Assembly: GCF_001194135.2 (NCBI RefSeq)
Contig: NC_069001.1
Coordinates: forward strand, 26,652,792 to 26,716,791
Length of the DNA: 64,000 nucleotides
Direction: 5' to 3'
DNA from: Octopus bimaculoides
Lineage: Eukaryota
The notes beneath the pieces were generated by a model, which did no database searches, was not told where the DNA came from, and saw only the letters and a list, made by a program, of their open reading frames with translations. This document shows, piece by piece, positions 26,199-40,350 of this stretch. How positions within the stretch are numbered: the first letter of the stretch is position 1; the number at the start of each line of letters is the position of its first letter. Both the position numbers and the translations under genes were made by a program.

Positions 26199-27189
26199 AC
26201 AGAGAAAGTAAGGCAACACCGTGTCACATTTTAGTTTGGAATACGTTAGAGAAACGATATTTATTCATGTTAGAATGAGATTACATACACTTATTTTCGA
26301 GATTTTGTTTCAATATCCACTTTGGTATCAATATAAATGATGGAACAGACACATTTTCAGTTGCTGTAATATCTACAGAGGGACACATGCTACTATCTCT
26401 AAAATAGCTATGTTAGATAAGGAAGTGTTCAGTTGATGGCAAATGTGAAAGGGATGGCATTTCCTTATGATTTAATATCTAAGGAAACATCTCAAACACT
26501 GCCGTTTGTATAAATTATGAAATATAACGAATCATATAGTACATATACCATCGCAAGTTATTCTATCCTTGATCACAACCGTTCGACGAACGGGAACGTG
26601 AAATTCTGAGGAACAGTTTTTGTATTTTTGCGGCTTTCAGAAATATATATATGAATGTATGTATTTGTACGTGTGTGTTAAAGATGGCGATGTTACAAAA
26701 ACTTTTATATTATAGTTTAAAATGAGTCGCAAGTGTGCTTTGTTGGGAAGTCGATAATTGTAAGTCAAATCGGTGCAAATATTGAAATTCTATCGACCTG
26801 ATTTTTATAAGAAATGTATTTATTTTAGCAAATAAGGACTACACGCAAGGAAGCGCCCGCACACACACAAAGACACACAGAATCACAACGAGAGAAGGGC
26901 AGAGACGAACGTACATGATCGTATCTAAGCACATAAATGAATACATATAGAACTGGATATCACTTTAAATATATATATAAGGAAAGAAAGAGGTCGGGAG
27001 AGTTAGAGGAAGTTGAGAATTCAAATACAAAATCTAGAAATTTAATCTATTTATAACTTGTATCTTTTTAATGTCGAGCAACACTCCGCCAACTTGTCTC
27101 ACTGTAGAAAACAACGTTTGAAGACGAAAATGATCATTCATGACCCTACGGCTGATATTTACTTCACCACAGCCATTCAAGTCCTATCA

Positions 27190-27235
<46 letters not shown>

Positions 27236-27662
27236 NNNNNNNNNNNNNNNNNNNNNNNNNNNNNNNNNNNNNNNNNNNNNNNNNNNNNNNNNNNNNNNNN
27301 NNNNNNNNNNNNNNNNNNNNNNNNNNNNNNNNNNNNNNNNNNNNNNNNNNNNNNNNNNNNNNNNNNNNNNNNNNNNNNNNNNNNNNNNNNNNNNNNNNTT
27401 GAAATAGTCACGATATTGACGTATTACGCTAAGAGTAATGGCATCAGATTTGAAATAAAGTAGCTGCAACAAAATTTACGAACGCAAAATGAATTTTCGT
27501 ATTTTGACCTTTCTTTTTACGTACTTATTTCACCCAGAGAGAGAAAAAAAAAAGATCTCTGAATTTTAGATAATTTATACATTCTTTCGTCTTTTTTTAT
27601 TCCTCAAACCACATTTATATCATCATCATTTTGCGTACATGCACACAAACAAAAACGCAAAG

Positions 27663-27713
<51 letters not shown>

Positions 27714-27997
27714 CACGTAGATAGATGGATAGATAAATATATATATATATACGTAGATAGATGGATAGATAAATACATTTATATACATATATATTTGAGT
27801 ATATAAATGCATATATGCGTGTGTTATATACATACATGAATACATACATATCTATTAACATGTTTGTATCTATGTGTAAATGTGTGTGTGTGTGTGTATA
27901 TATATATATGTATTTATATGCGTTTGTATATATATACATATATATATATATATATACAGTAGTATACACACATCAATAGATACTGATTTATTTGCAG

Positions 27998-28164
27998 GTG
28001 AAATATGCGAAATACTTGTTAAAAGTTGGACTGCACGTGATAGTTACATTCCAAAGAGAATATATTTTGAAAGAGTAAAACGATTTGTTGAAATTGACAC
28101 CTTCAAAATATTCTTTGAAGAAATTTCAGAGGATAATGATAGCGTAAATTTAAATCATGAATAG
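27998..28164 (+). CDS. Candidate terminal coding exon of an unidentified host gene
   Basis: TTTATTTGCAG acceptor, then an open frame (G)EICEILVKSWTARDSYIPKRIYFERVKRFVEIDTFKIFFEEISEDNDSVNLNHE* of normal protein-like composition, in unique sequence between microsatellites. Hand prediction only. Confidence 0.3.
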
Positions 28165-28441
28165 TTTATTTTCGCTTATGTTATTCTGTTTAGTTTCTTA
28201 TTTAAATATTGATCTAAGCTGAGTGTTGAAACATATTCCCCAAGTAACCAGTAGAGGCATAACAACAAATTCTGCTACTGCTACAATGAACTTCACTATA
28301 AAATATATAAGAATGATAAAACTAAAGAGGAATGAAAGAAACAAAAACGAAACAGTTATACTTTTCAAAAAGCACTTTCTCAAACTGACAAGAGATGAAG
28401 AGAAGTTGAGAAATGTGTATACTCTCTATATCTGTGTGTGT

Positions 28442-28622
<181 letters not shown>

Positions 28623-29649
28623 TAAGGGTGAATGTATGAGCATATATATGTAATACACATACATGCATATATATACACACTCACATGTGCACATTCTTAT
28701 ATTCAAACAAGCAGTTACAGAAATATATATATGTTTATGTATCATTTTGTTTATATCCTAAAATTAATTTATAGTTCTATGTTGTTTTCTAAATTAGCAT
28801 TTCAAGGTTACGAAGATTATTATGACGAAGAAGTTTAGCACTGATCTTTTCCCATCTATGATGTTTACATTAACCTTTAATAGACGTGTGTTATGTAAAT
28901 CATTTTATATTCAATCCACTCCTCTGCAGTCAATTACGTTTCAGATTCTCTGCATGGATTGTCTTTAAAATTTCAGTTTTCCAATCTTCCTTTGAATTCC
29001 TTGTGTATTCAACCTGTTTAATAATAATCCTTCGTATGTTTCCGGGTTAAGAAATGTTTTAAAAAATCAGTTTCAGTCATATTTGAGCGATTCTTTTGAC
29101 TGCATTCTGACAATAGAAGCATTGTTAGAATAATATTATTTCCTTCAGTGAAAAGGAACGTTAATAATAATAATAATAATAAAATGAATATCAAACTGAT
29201 AGTTAATTATTACTTGGAAGTATAAAAACACACGAACTGTAAAGTATGAACAGAAAGTTTCATCATTCGTACAGTAAAGATAAAAGTTTCGTTAGAGAAA
29301 CCTAATTATAAACAAATTTCGATCTTTGATTGACACCATTTCTATTGTGTCAATAATACGGTTTTAAGAGAATTTTGATAATTATAATGCACCATTTTTT
29401 CCGTCTAAATTTATAGTCATTTATAAAGAAGAAAAATAAACGAATACTATCTCAAATTATTGAGGCGCTGCAAAGAGAACAGTAAAATTCGCGTAAAATG
29501 CAGACATGTTACAGTTTGAAAAACTGTTTAACTCTCACTAAGTTAAAGCCATGAAAGATTTACTGTTAAGACTAGACTATGATAAAATGATGCCGAAATT
29601 TACTGTTTCACAAAAACATAAAATATGGATAAGAATGTGTAAACGGTAT

Positions 29650-29820
29650 TTTGGTGGCAGTTCGTCCGTCTTCAGTTCTCAGTTCAAATTCCTCCAAGGT
29701 CGAGTTTGCCTGTCATCATTTCAGGGTCGATAAATTAAGTCCCAGTAGATTACTGAGATCAGCTTGTCCCCCACCCCCCAAAAAAAAATTCACGTCGTGT
29801 GCCCTTAATAGAAAGATTAT
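29650..29820 (+). mobile_element. Family A SINE, 5'-eroded
   Basis: CAGTTCAAATTCC..AGGTCGAGTTTGCC..GGGTCGATAAATTAAGT core. Confidence 0.65.
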
Positions 29821-30944
29821 ATCTTGTGTTTTGCTTTTTGTTTTTGGTTTTTCAGTTTAGATTGGAAAAATCTAGTCTCCAAACGCACAAACTTTGCAAA
29901 GTCAGTAGGTGTGTGCATTCAAGACTGCATTTACTAGAGTGGTCCGAATCCGATAGTTTGTGAAATGAATGATATTATTCCTATTAATTGTAGGCCAAGC
30001 AACGCATACAGGATTGTCTAATTCGCAACTTGTGAGATTTTGTTATATGATTTAAAATGACTGATGCGCAAATCGATTTGAATGATGTTAAAACTGGAAT
30101 ATAAATGTATTTATCTTGTGTTGTCTTTCACACACACACACACACACACTCACACACAAACTGTCACAAAAACACTCACACCCACTTAAACTGTCACACA
30201 CACACACACATATACATATGCATATATTATACTAGGAACTGTATATATCGAGAATAATGTCTCATTATTTTGTTTGACAACAAATTAGAAAAAAAGCTTT
30301 TCGTAGAAATTAGTGCAATTTGCGACAAATTTTCCGTTCTGAATGATAAGTTAATTAATGAGAAAAATGACAAAACGCATTTACATCAAAAGACAGAAAG
30401 AAAAGGCAGACGGCTATTAAATGAGCATAAATATTTGTCATTAAATCTGTTTAACATTTAATTTGTTGTTTACCTCACGTAATTGTAAATTAGACTCACA
30501 GCTGACATCAATATGTTCGTATACATGCACATATAAAGAGTGAAACGCATACAAACTATTAAATATATTTGCATTCCCTCCATACACTCGCGAACGCACG
30601 CACACACAAACAAATACACACATAACCTTGATACTTGATAACGAAGAAGTGAGTGGAGATATTTTCCACATCCAAAAACTTTATTTAAAAGTTTTCACAG
30701 AATATACATCTGACCTACATATGTTTCAACTGCAGCGGCTGCACATTAATTTCTATGCAATTATATGCAGCTGTAATACCAGCAGGGGTGATTATAAGAC
30801 CATCATTTCCTCGAATATAAATATTAACGCTAGTATCTTTAACCAAATACCAACGCAGAACATTTGTTGGACCCTTAATGGAATTGCAACGAATAGAATG
30901 CCTATTTGCATACAAAGCAATGTGCAGTTGCTGCCTCCGATGAG

Positions 30945-31345
30945 TGACTGTGTGGTAAGTAGCTTTCTTACGAATTACATGGTTCCGGGTTCAGTCCCAC
31001 TGTGTGGCACCTTGGGCAAGTGTCTTCTACTATAGCCTCGGGTCGACCAAAGCCTTCTGAGTGGATTTCGTAGAAGGAAACTGGAAGAAGCCCGTCGTAT
31101 ATATATATATATATTTATATGTGTATGTGTGTATATGTTTGTCTGTCTGTGTTTGTCCCCCCCGCCGCACATCGTTTGACAACCGATGCTGGTGTGTTTA
31201 CGTCCCCGTAACTGAGCGCTTCGGCAAAAGAGACCGATAGAAAAAGTACTAGGCTTATAAAGAATGTCCTAGGATCGATTTGCTCGACTAAAGGCGGTGC
31301 TCCAGCATGGCCGCAACCAAATAATTGATACAAGTAAAGAGTAAA
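30945..31345 (+). mobile_element. CORE-like tRNA SINE, family C, with internal (TA)n/(TG)n tract
   Basis: Head with B-box GGTTCAGTCCC, CORE-like ACCTTGGGCAAGTG, internal microsatellite after GAAGCCCGTCG, and 3' part ending AAGGCGGTGCTCCAGCATGG...AAAGAGTAAA; homologous pieces elsewhere in the window. Confidence 0.8.
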
Positions 31346-31649
31346 GGCCAGACGTATATGCTGTAGAAAATTGAAGTTTAAATATTAAAGTTTTTGGATG
31401 TGAAAAAAATCTCCACCTCCTCTTCATTATCAACGTTAATACTCTACGGAATTCTTGCAGTACTGAATAGGAACGCAGAATTAACCAACGGGTGAAGATT
31501 ACCACTATAACTTTTAGTGCGTGAGTACTGTATAATGGACCGTTGTGAATAGAAGGCATCTAAACCAATTTGAGAGAAAATTGCCAGGATAAATAATACC
31601 TTATATCCTACACAAACACACACAAAAACAAACACACACACACACACAC

Positions 31650-31750
<101 letters not shown>

Positions 31751-33000
31751 CACACAAATAGTTGTTCACAAAATTGGTTCTGAGTTTGAAACTGCATATG
31801 GATCCTAAAAAGAATTGTAGGACTTCTTTTCCAACTAATCATTTATTAAAATACCATAGGTAAATAATGAATAATTAAAATAGAAGAATCATTAAAGAAA
31901 GATAGAATACATAATAAAAAAAAAAAAGTTTCATAGCGATCAAACATGGCGAAAAATCAAATGTGCAATAGGCTAAATAGCAAAAATTCCTAACTAATAG
32001 TTTGAGCTGCGCATTAGAAATTCTGTTGATTCACCCGATAAATAAATTTTACTTAACATAAATGAACATTGGCATGCTTATAGTTGTATAAGTTTCGATT
32101 ATATATTTGCTATATCAGAGTTAATCTAAAAACGAACAGCAGCATTAGTTCGCACCACTTTCTCCACACATTCAAATATGTCACAGGAATAAACACTTTA
32201 TAGTTTGTAGTATATCTTCAATATAAGTGTAATAGCGGTTAAAACTGTTTCTTCGGTTCATAGAATAAGTAAACTTTTCTTCTGATCAGTACCATAAATC
32301 AACTTGACCTTAAGAAATAACGTGAGATATCAACTTGATATAAACTCTATTGCATGTGCTTACTTTCCATTAATATATCCCAGCAATTGCTGAAAACTAG
32401 TAACACATAAATCAGCGATGAGACCCGCGAGCAGTCATTAGATCGGCTAAATATGACAGCTTAATTTTGCTGAAGCATCATAACGAAGGCTGATATGGTT
32501 AACGATTAGTTGCCATCTGGGTATAAAGAAAAGTAAGCAAATGGCAAATGTTGGAAGAAATATTTCTGGATAAGTGACATGCATGATTTCCAAAATTTAT
32601 ACAAAAATCTTTATTGTATATTTATCACCTGTTCTCTAACTGCTTAGATCTCCGAATCATTTTGATGCAAAATTTGCACAAACAACTTTGTAATTTCTCA
32701 AAGGTGTACGAACATTCATGTAAAGAATTGTCGGTTTGTTATTCTACCGTCTCAGCCAGACATCTAATATCTGTTCTAATATTGGCACATGGCCTGAAGC
32801 TTTGGAAGTAAGGGCCATTGGATTACACATAACCCACTGCTCAACTGACACTATATCTTCGAACTCGATAGGAAGAAAGACAAACTCGCAACAGCGGAAT
32901 TTGCACTCAAAATGTAAAGACGGTCGAAATGTCGCCAAGTATTCTACTTGGTGTGCTGACTGTTCTACCAGCTCGCCACCTTTCCAGACACTAAGCATCC

Positions 33001-33161
33001 TTTTCTACTCTAGGCACAAGGCCCAACATTTTTGGGGAAGGAGCCAGTCGATCAGAAAAGATGAAAGGCAAAGTAGACACTCGACGGATTTTGAACTCAG
33101 AACATAAAGACGGACAAAATACTGCGAAGCATTTCGCCCGGCGTGCTAACCTTTCGCCGCT
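33001..33161 (-). mobile_element. Family A SINE with 20-bp flanking duplication, placed directly 5' of an older copy (about 32900-32983, minus)
   Basis: TTTCCAGACACTAAGCATCC (32981-33000) and TTTCCAGACACTAAGTATCC (33162-33181) flank the copy. Confidence 0.8.
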
Positions 33162-33513
33162 TTTCCAGACACTAAGTATCCACTAGCATTAAGTACATTT
33201 ATAATTGCTGTCAGCAAATTAATAATATATGTATTTTATCAGTCTGGCAGAGTTATGAGTAGAACTTTTGGGTTTCAATACGATCTTCAATTCCATAATG
33301 TCAATCATTTTACTGGCATTTATTTCTTCAATCCGAGTCAGAAATAGAATCTCTAAAAATATAAATTTATTTTATAGCGTTTATTACTTTTGCTTCCCAT
33401 CATCTCTCTCTATTTTCTTCTCTGAGTACTTGATTGAAAAATAAAACATTTATTTTCTTTCACAATTCCACCATTTTCTATTATTATGTAAAACAATACT
33501 CGAAAGTTTATAT

Positions 33514-33547
<34 letters not shown>

Positions 33548-34447
33548 GACACACACACACACACTTACTCCCACACTTAAGATACATATATCGAAATATT
33601 ATATATATATACATATATCGAAATATTATATATATACATATTTCCGAATATTATATTATATATATATATATATATATTTGCGTGTGTGCATATATATACG
33701 TATATTTATATATATACAAGCAGAGTAGATATACGTATCTCTCTCTCCTCGTATAAATATGTGCGTGTATGTATGTGTGAGTTTGTGCATGTATCCATGT
33801 ATGCATTTATTTATGTACACAAACGCACATCTACACATGCGTAATATGAAATAATTCCATTTGATGAACAAGACTCCTGAGAGTGCCAGAGTGCAGGTTC
33901 GTTTTCTTATTTAATCAAATTTACTTCAAAGAAACTTGATAAGATTCGAAATTCTAATCAAGATCGATAGCTTATATCAATATCGTACACACAAACCCAT
34001 TTACACATAGCCCTAGTGAAGCACTCAAAATGCCATTTGTATGTATGTGTGTATGAATGCATACATACATACATATCTGTGTACGTATTTATATATATAT
34101 ATATTTATATATACACACGACATTACAGATGCATTATTAGGGGCTAAGTTTACCACGGATTATCTCAGAAATGTAATGCAGTGATTGTGGAGAGAGAATA
34201 AATGAGTTATTAAGTGTGCTACATTTATAAATTCGTTTAACCGAGTAATATGTCAGTTACTCGATGATAGTTTTCAATAAATTTTATGCTGTAGGAACGC
34301 CATAGAATGTAAGCTTGTGTGTCGGCTGATCTCTCCTTATATTTGTATCCTTAGTGCATTTAATATAATTTCAGTCATTAATTTTAATTATATTTTATCC
34401 TGAATTACTTTCAAATAAATCTGGTTATATATATTTATATATGTATA

Positions 34448-34484
<37 letters not shown>

Positions 34485-34764
34485 TGTCATACATGTAGAA
34501 AGCAATTTAGCTCAAGAAACACCAGCTCCAATCATTTGATAATTTAAAAGAGTACAAAAAATATAGGAAGCACTGGTTTTACATTTGACTTAAAGAAATG
34601 CTTAATATATTCATTTTCAAAATCTTCTTCCTCATCATAATCACCAGTAGAGTCCGCAGCAGTAACCACAACAGCATCACATTTAAAGTCTTCTTTGTGT
34701 GTGTGTTTGTGTGTGCTTCCCAGAGAAGAGTACATAGACAGTATCGTAAACGAGCCCCACAAAA

Positions 34765-34930
34765 CGCTGAGCGGCATTTCTTTTAGCTATACGCTCTGAG
34801 ATCAAATGCCGCTAGGGTAGTCTTTGCTTTTCATCCTGTTGTGATCGATTAAATAAATACGTATGGAGCAGTGGGTTTTAATGTAGTCGACTTAACTCTA
34901 AATTTGCTTACCCTGAAGCAAAATTTGAAT
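34765..34930 (+). mobile_element. Diverged family A SINE
   Basis: CTCTGAGATCAAATGCCGC..CTTTGCTTTTCATCC..GATCGATTAAATAA and GTAGTCGACTT motifs. Confidence 0.6.
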
Positions 34931-37494
34931 CTGATATTCTAAATGAAAAATTTAGTCAAGCTTTGATAAAACATACCGTATTTCGTTGTTTTATGAATTA
35001 TAATTTTTCTGACTTATTAAAATCCCTTGTAAATATTCAACGGGGTTAATGTCATTCTGAAGCAGCATGGCCATCAGAAATATTGGTGAGTTTGTACTTG
35101 ATGTCCTTATTAAGTTTAGATACGAAACCATCAACGCCATCAGAGTGTGCTATAAACTATTGGCTTTTCAATAACAATGCACAGCTGCAAAGCAAGAAAA
35201 CAAACAGAACGGGGGAATATTTAATATTGTTCTGTTAATATATGATGGAGTCTATTTCCTAGTTTACAATTCATATTCCTTTGAAAGTGCAGCAACGATA
35301 TTGGATTTGCATTAAAACAAGACAAAGCAAAAAAAAATGCTATTCCCCATAAATGTTTTGTCCTATAGCACATAGCTATTAGTGCCATTAACTATTTCAT
35401 ACAAACTTCAGCCATTGAGCAAGGCATTAATTTGTAGTTATTGTTTTTGTCGTTCTTTAACATCATCTCAGCCCTAAACGAGCCGACATAATGTCAAAGG
35501 CATTTCAAACGTTAATATATTTGCTTTTTACATTTTCAAATGATTTTTCAGGCAAAATATATCAAAGACTGCTCTATGGAATGTTTCCTTGCCCTTTTAA
35601 CAGAGTAGAGTTCGATGTGTGTTATATGGATATCTGTGGTATTTCTAGCAATTCACTCGACTACAAAAAGGCCTCCGTGTTGTCTCGTGTCATGAATTTG
35701 TGTAATGCGTTAGCAACAGTACGATTTCTTCATGCATTCAAAGATAATAAATGCATTTCTAATATTCTACAGCAGAGAATCAATTAACCGTTTGAAGGGA
35801 AATGTCAAACGGACGAACATTACATCAGCAATAAACATCGAAGGCTTTGAGACTTCCATTGTGTTTTAGGAGGACCAATAGTTGAATTCGTCCTGATTTA
35901 GTATACCTCACTTTGTAGAAAACTCCTATTGAAGCTTTTATTACTGAGACATTTTATAACAATTAATCAACGTACAAAAACTCATGTTTGAACATGCGTC
36001 CAAGGCAAAATATTCCTGTTCTGGTCTCAATCCTAATTCAGACAGCTTGACAGTGACCACACATCATACTTCAAAATTGTTATTGGTGACTGAGAAAATG
36101 GCCGTGCGTTATGCATTTCTCTTATATAGTCTGTAGATAAAACACATCATTCCAACGTATTTATTTGCCGTAAGTGTAAGTGCTATTGCCAGAGGGACCT
36201 GCAACAGAGGCGGAGGTGACTGAAGTGTGTTTGTTGACATGAATGCATTGCAGCGTGGATGGCAAAGAAGTACAAATAGCCACATACTTTGTCTGCAATA
36301 ACAGTATTTGAAAACCATGGCAAAAAGCGTTTTTTCAACAAAAAGGTAGAAAAACGAATCACTAAGACGTTCAGTCATCATCTTCATAATCATTATCAGC
36401 AAGGTGGCCATTATCATCGTCATCATCATTTGAAGAAGAAATCGCAAAAACAACAATACTAGCAGAATGCAGAATACAAAGACATAAAGAAACATGCGTT
36501 TTGTAAATCTGTTGCATTGTTATCAATCATTACTTGAAGTAGTTACTTCACTACTCCAACTTGACATGCCTGACGTTCTCTTATTCCCTTTCTATTTGTT
36601 TTATTCCTTTCTGATTCTCTACTACTTGGCCTCACTAGATATAACAGTGTGCCACCTTTAAGCAGTTCTACTCTTTTATCAATTGTAGTAATAGCTGCAG
36701 TTTTGTTGTGTTATTTATTTGTTTGCTCTGAACAAAATAACAAATGATTATTCGAAATATTTAAGTCCTACAGATTTATTCAGATGAGCACTGAGGATAT
36801 TTTTTCTTTCTAAATTTACTTCTTGATTTCTTATTTATTCTTTGTTTATTGTTTATTAGATTTTGTTATTAGCTATTGTTTGTATTATTTTCTTCTTCGT
36901 AACTACACTTGACAGTAATTATCATTGAGAAATTCCAACATGACATTAATGGATGATTTAACCGTGTATAATTAACTTGTTACAACTCTGAACATTGTTA
37001 GTGATTCTGTAGACATTACGGGTTAATTTTATATATCATAGAGAGTAAATAAGCATTAAGTATGCGGATATACAAGTCGTCCTAAATATATCCTTTTTTT
37101 AAATTAAAAAAAAATATTTTTGTCAACTACATTTATTTATGCGTGAAGGGTTTTATACTTTTAACTCCTAAATTATAGTTGTAATTTAAAGTTTTATTGA
37201 CCAAAAATACAGGACCAAAATGCAATAACAACAAAATACAACATGGAAAAGAGAAATGTAAATTTTCTATTTCTAGGACGTTTTTTTAAAAATTAATTTG
37301 TTAATGAACTTAAATCAAGCTAAGTAGATTGATATGGAACGCAAGATCTTATAGTATCTTCAGTTTTTATGTAGATGATGTTCCTTATAGTATCCTCAGT
37401 TTTATGTGGATAATGTTCAGTAATCTTGTCTCTTAATCGACAATGATTAATAAAACACCTTCAACCTGTATGACTTAAATGTTGCTAGGACAGC

Positions 37495-37531
<37 letters not shown>

Positions 37532-39191
37532 GTACGTACCTCATACATACATACATATATAAGCATTTTCATGTACACTTATACATACATAGATCAATGA
37601 GGTAATAGCATGTAGCTTTATTAACAAAATCCTGTTGACTATAATGACAGCAATGAGGCTGAAGCAGTTAAGATGTAGAATGAATTTTTATGCGTCCGTT
37701 CATATTAGGTTCTTGGTTTCAAGTTCCTTATCGATATTATTTATTTTTCATACCAGTGTAAAGAAACTGTGTCTTTCTCATATACCGAGTGAGGATGAAA
37801 GCAACAATAAAATGTTATTTGCATACGTCACCGTGTTTCCTAACAGTTATATAGGAAACCTGCAATCAAATCATGCTAGCTTTGATTATCAAATATACTT
37901 ACATGGAAGTCTTTATGTCCAGGTCGAACAAAGACCAATCTGACCTTGATTTAATCTATAAAGTCTATCTTCAGTTGAATAAAGTGTTAATGATAATAAA
38001 GATATGATTTAGTATGAGGTACAGGTGCCGTGTACAAATGGATATTGAAATTTCTATTTCCAAGTCATGAGCTGAGGCACTTTTAATGAAAGCAATTCGT
38101 TTGATGTCTGGAGCAAACTTACTGCGTATTCTATTTTGTCCATCCGTTTGTTTGTCAGAAAGAGAATATAGATTTGTATCGGGGATGATGTTACATGGGT
38201 TTTTTTAACAATTCATATAAATCACTTCTCATGTAAATAGTCAGATATTTACTTATAACGTTGGTGCATGATATAGACATTTATCTCACCACCTGAGTGA
38301 AGTCGAAAAGAGTTTAATATCAATACCTAGTTTCGCTGACATCAATGAACTAAAGAAAATGTTACACTGCAAGAAAAATAAAATGAAGCAAAATATATAT
38401 ATATATGTGACGTACTACGTCGCAAAAATTGATTATTCTGATGTCAAAATGGAAAATGTGTCTTTTCCTGCTTTAGGAAGTTTTGAGGTGAATACAGTGA
38501 ACCAGAGAGTGGAAAATTTCATATCGGCAGGGTGTCCTCTCCAAATTGTCACACTTAGGTACTGATGCTGTCATGATCCATTTTAATTACGTGCAATCAT
38601 ATAGAGGGAAACCAACTCGCAAGAGATTGTTTAAATGCCAAATCTCTTAAGGCTCTACCGTTAAAAAAATAGCGTAAAATAGTGTAAGGTCATTAAATAA
38701 TGTCATAGGTTTCATTTTTAATTTTATAGAGATAACACTAAATAGATAATACAAGAAATCTGCAAAATATCTACTTAAGGAAGAACTGAGTTAAAAAGAC
38801 GAGAAACTATGATAACTAAAATACTAAACATATTAGAAATCTAGTAATTCGGATAAATAAACACTAATATTTTGAGGAGTATTTCTCGAAACCATTTACA
38901 ATTCGATGATTGCGATTCTTCATACGATGCAAATGATACACATGACAACTACTTCAGGAAACATTTCGCATGTAACAATTGACCTACCGCCGCACACTTG
39001 TAGTCGCTGTTTAATACTTAAACCATGATGCATTTTAAAATAAATTGGCAGGATTCAACAATGTTTTGGCAGATTTCTGACTTCAGTTCTTGTCGATATC
39101 AACATTAATCTTGATTTAACTGGAGACGTTGAATCATGGTACTGTGGTCGATATTAATGAGGATGATTTCTTCTCAATATATGTGTGTAAT

Positions 39192-39612
39192 AAGGCGGTG
39201 AGCTGACAGAATAGTTTGCACACCTGGCAAAATGCTTATCGGCATTTTGTGTCTCTTTACGTTCTGAGTTCAGATTCCGCTGAGGCCGTCTTTGCCTTTC
39301 ATCATTTAGGGTTTAATAAATTAGGTTACAATCAAATACTGGTGATGATGTAATGGACTTCACCGCACCCGCGAAATCGCAGGCCTTCTGCCAGATTTTG
39401 AAACCCATATGTGTGTGTGAAAAGGCGACGCGCTGGCAGAATCGTTTGCACGCCGGGCAAAATGCTCGGCGCCATTTCGTACATCCTTAAGTTCTGACTT
39501 CAATTCCATCAAGTCAACTTTGCCTTTCATCTTTTCGGGATCAATAAAATAAGTACGAGCTGAACCCTTGGGTTGATGAAATTGCTGGCTTTCTGCCACA
39601 ATTTGAAACCAT
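39192..39612 (+). mobile_element. Two head-to-tail family A SINEs
   Basis: Heads AAGGCGGTGAGCTGACAGAA (39193) and AAAGGCGAC..CTGGCAGAATCG (39421), each followed by core and tail. Confidence 0.8.
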
Positions 39613-40280
39613 TATATATGCATGTACGCTTGAAGAAATGTTGCAAAATTCTAGTTCGTGTTTTTATCATATACTAGCTTCAAATCTGTCCTGAGTAATT
39701 CCAGCCTTTAGAATATCACGATTTTGAGACAGGATACTTGTGGCTATATGTTCAAATAATCATGTATGTTCAAATATATGTTCAAATAACAGGCTGTGAT
39801 TTGGGAGAAATGTGCCTCCTATTTTAGCAGGTCAAGTAATGTGATAGCAGATACCTTATTGGTTTGCCATTATATGTAGTGAGTTATAGTAGATTTCTAT
39901 AAACTGTTGAAAATGAATTCCTAATAAATATAGTGATGAGAAGGTAAGAGAATCTTATTTCTTACCTTCATAAATTGTGGCCTCGTAATTATTAAGTTTA
40001 ATTAAAGTTTATCGCGGATTTCATAAATATTTAAGAATATTTATTGATAATAACTGAAATATGAAACGGCACATAACTCCTAGTCGTTTTATGTAATTAT
40101 CTTTAAAAATTCGTATTTAAATTTTAATGCCATCAAGCTTCGGTCGTTAAAGAAAATAAACGTAATTAGAATAATTAATGACAGAAAATAAACGTAATTT
40201 TCTTATTATAATCTAAGCATACTTCTCAATACACATTCCTTCGTTGACTGTAATTATACAAAATTGTGTGCATATACACA

Positions 40281-40350
<70 letters not shown>

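Noticed and set aside
36109-36495. His-rich or Asp-rich reading frames
   Set aside because: Consistent with a decayed (CAT/GAT)n microsatellite; no splice or start support.
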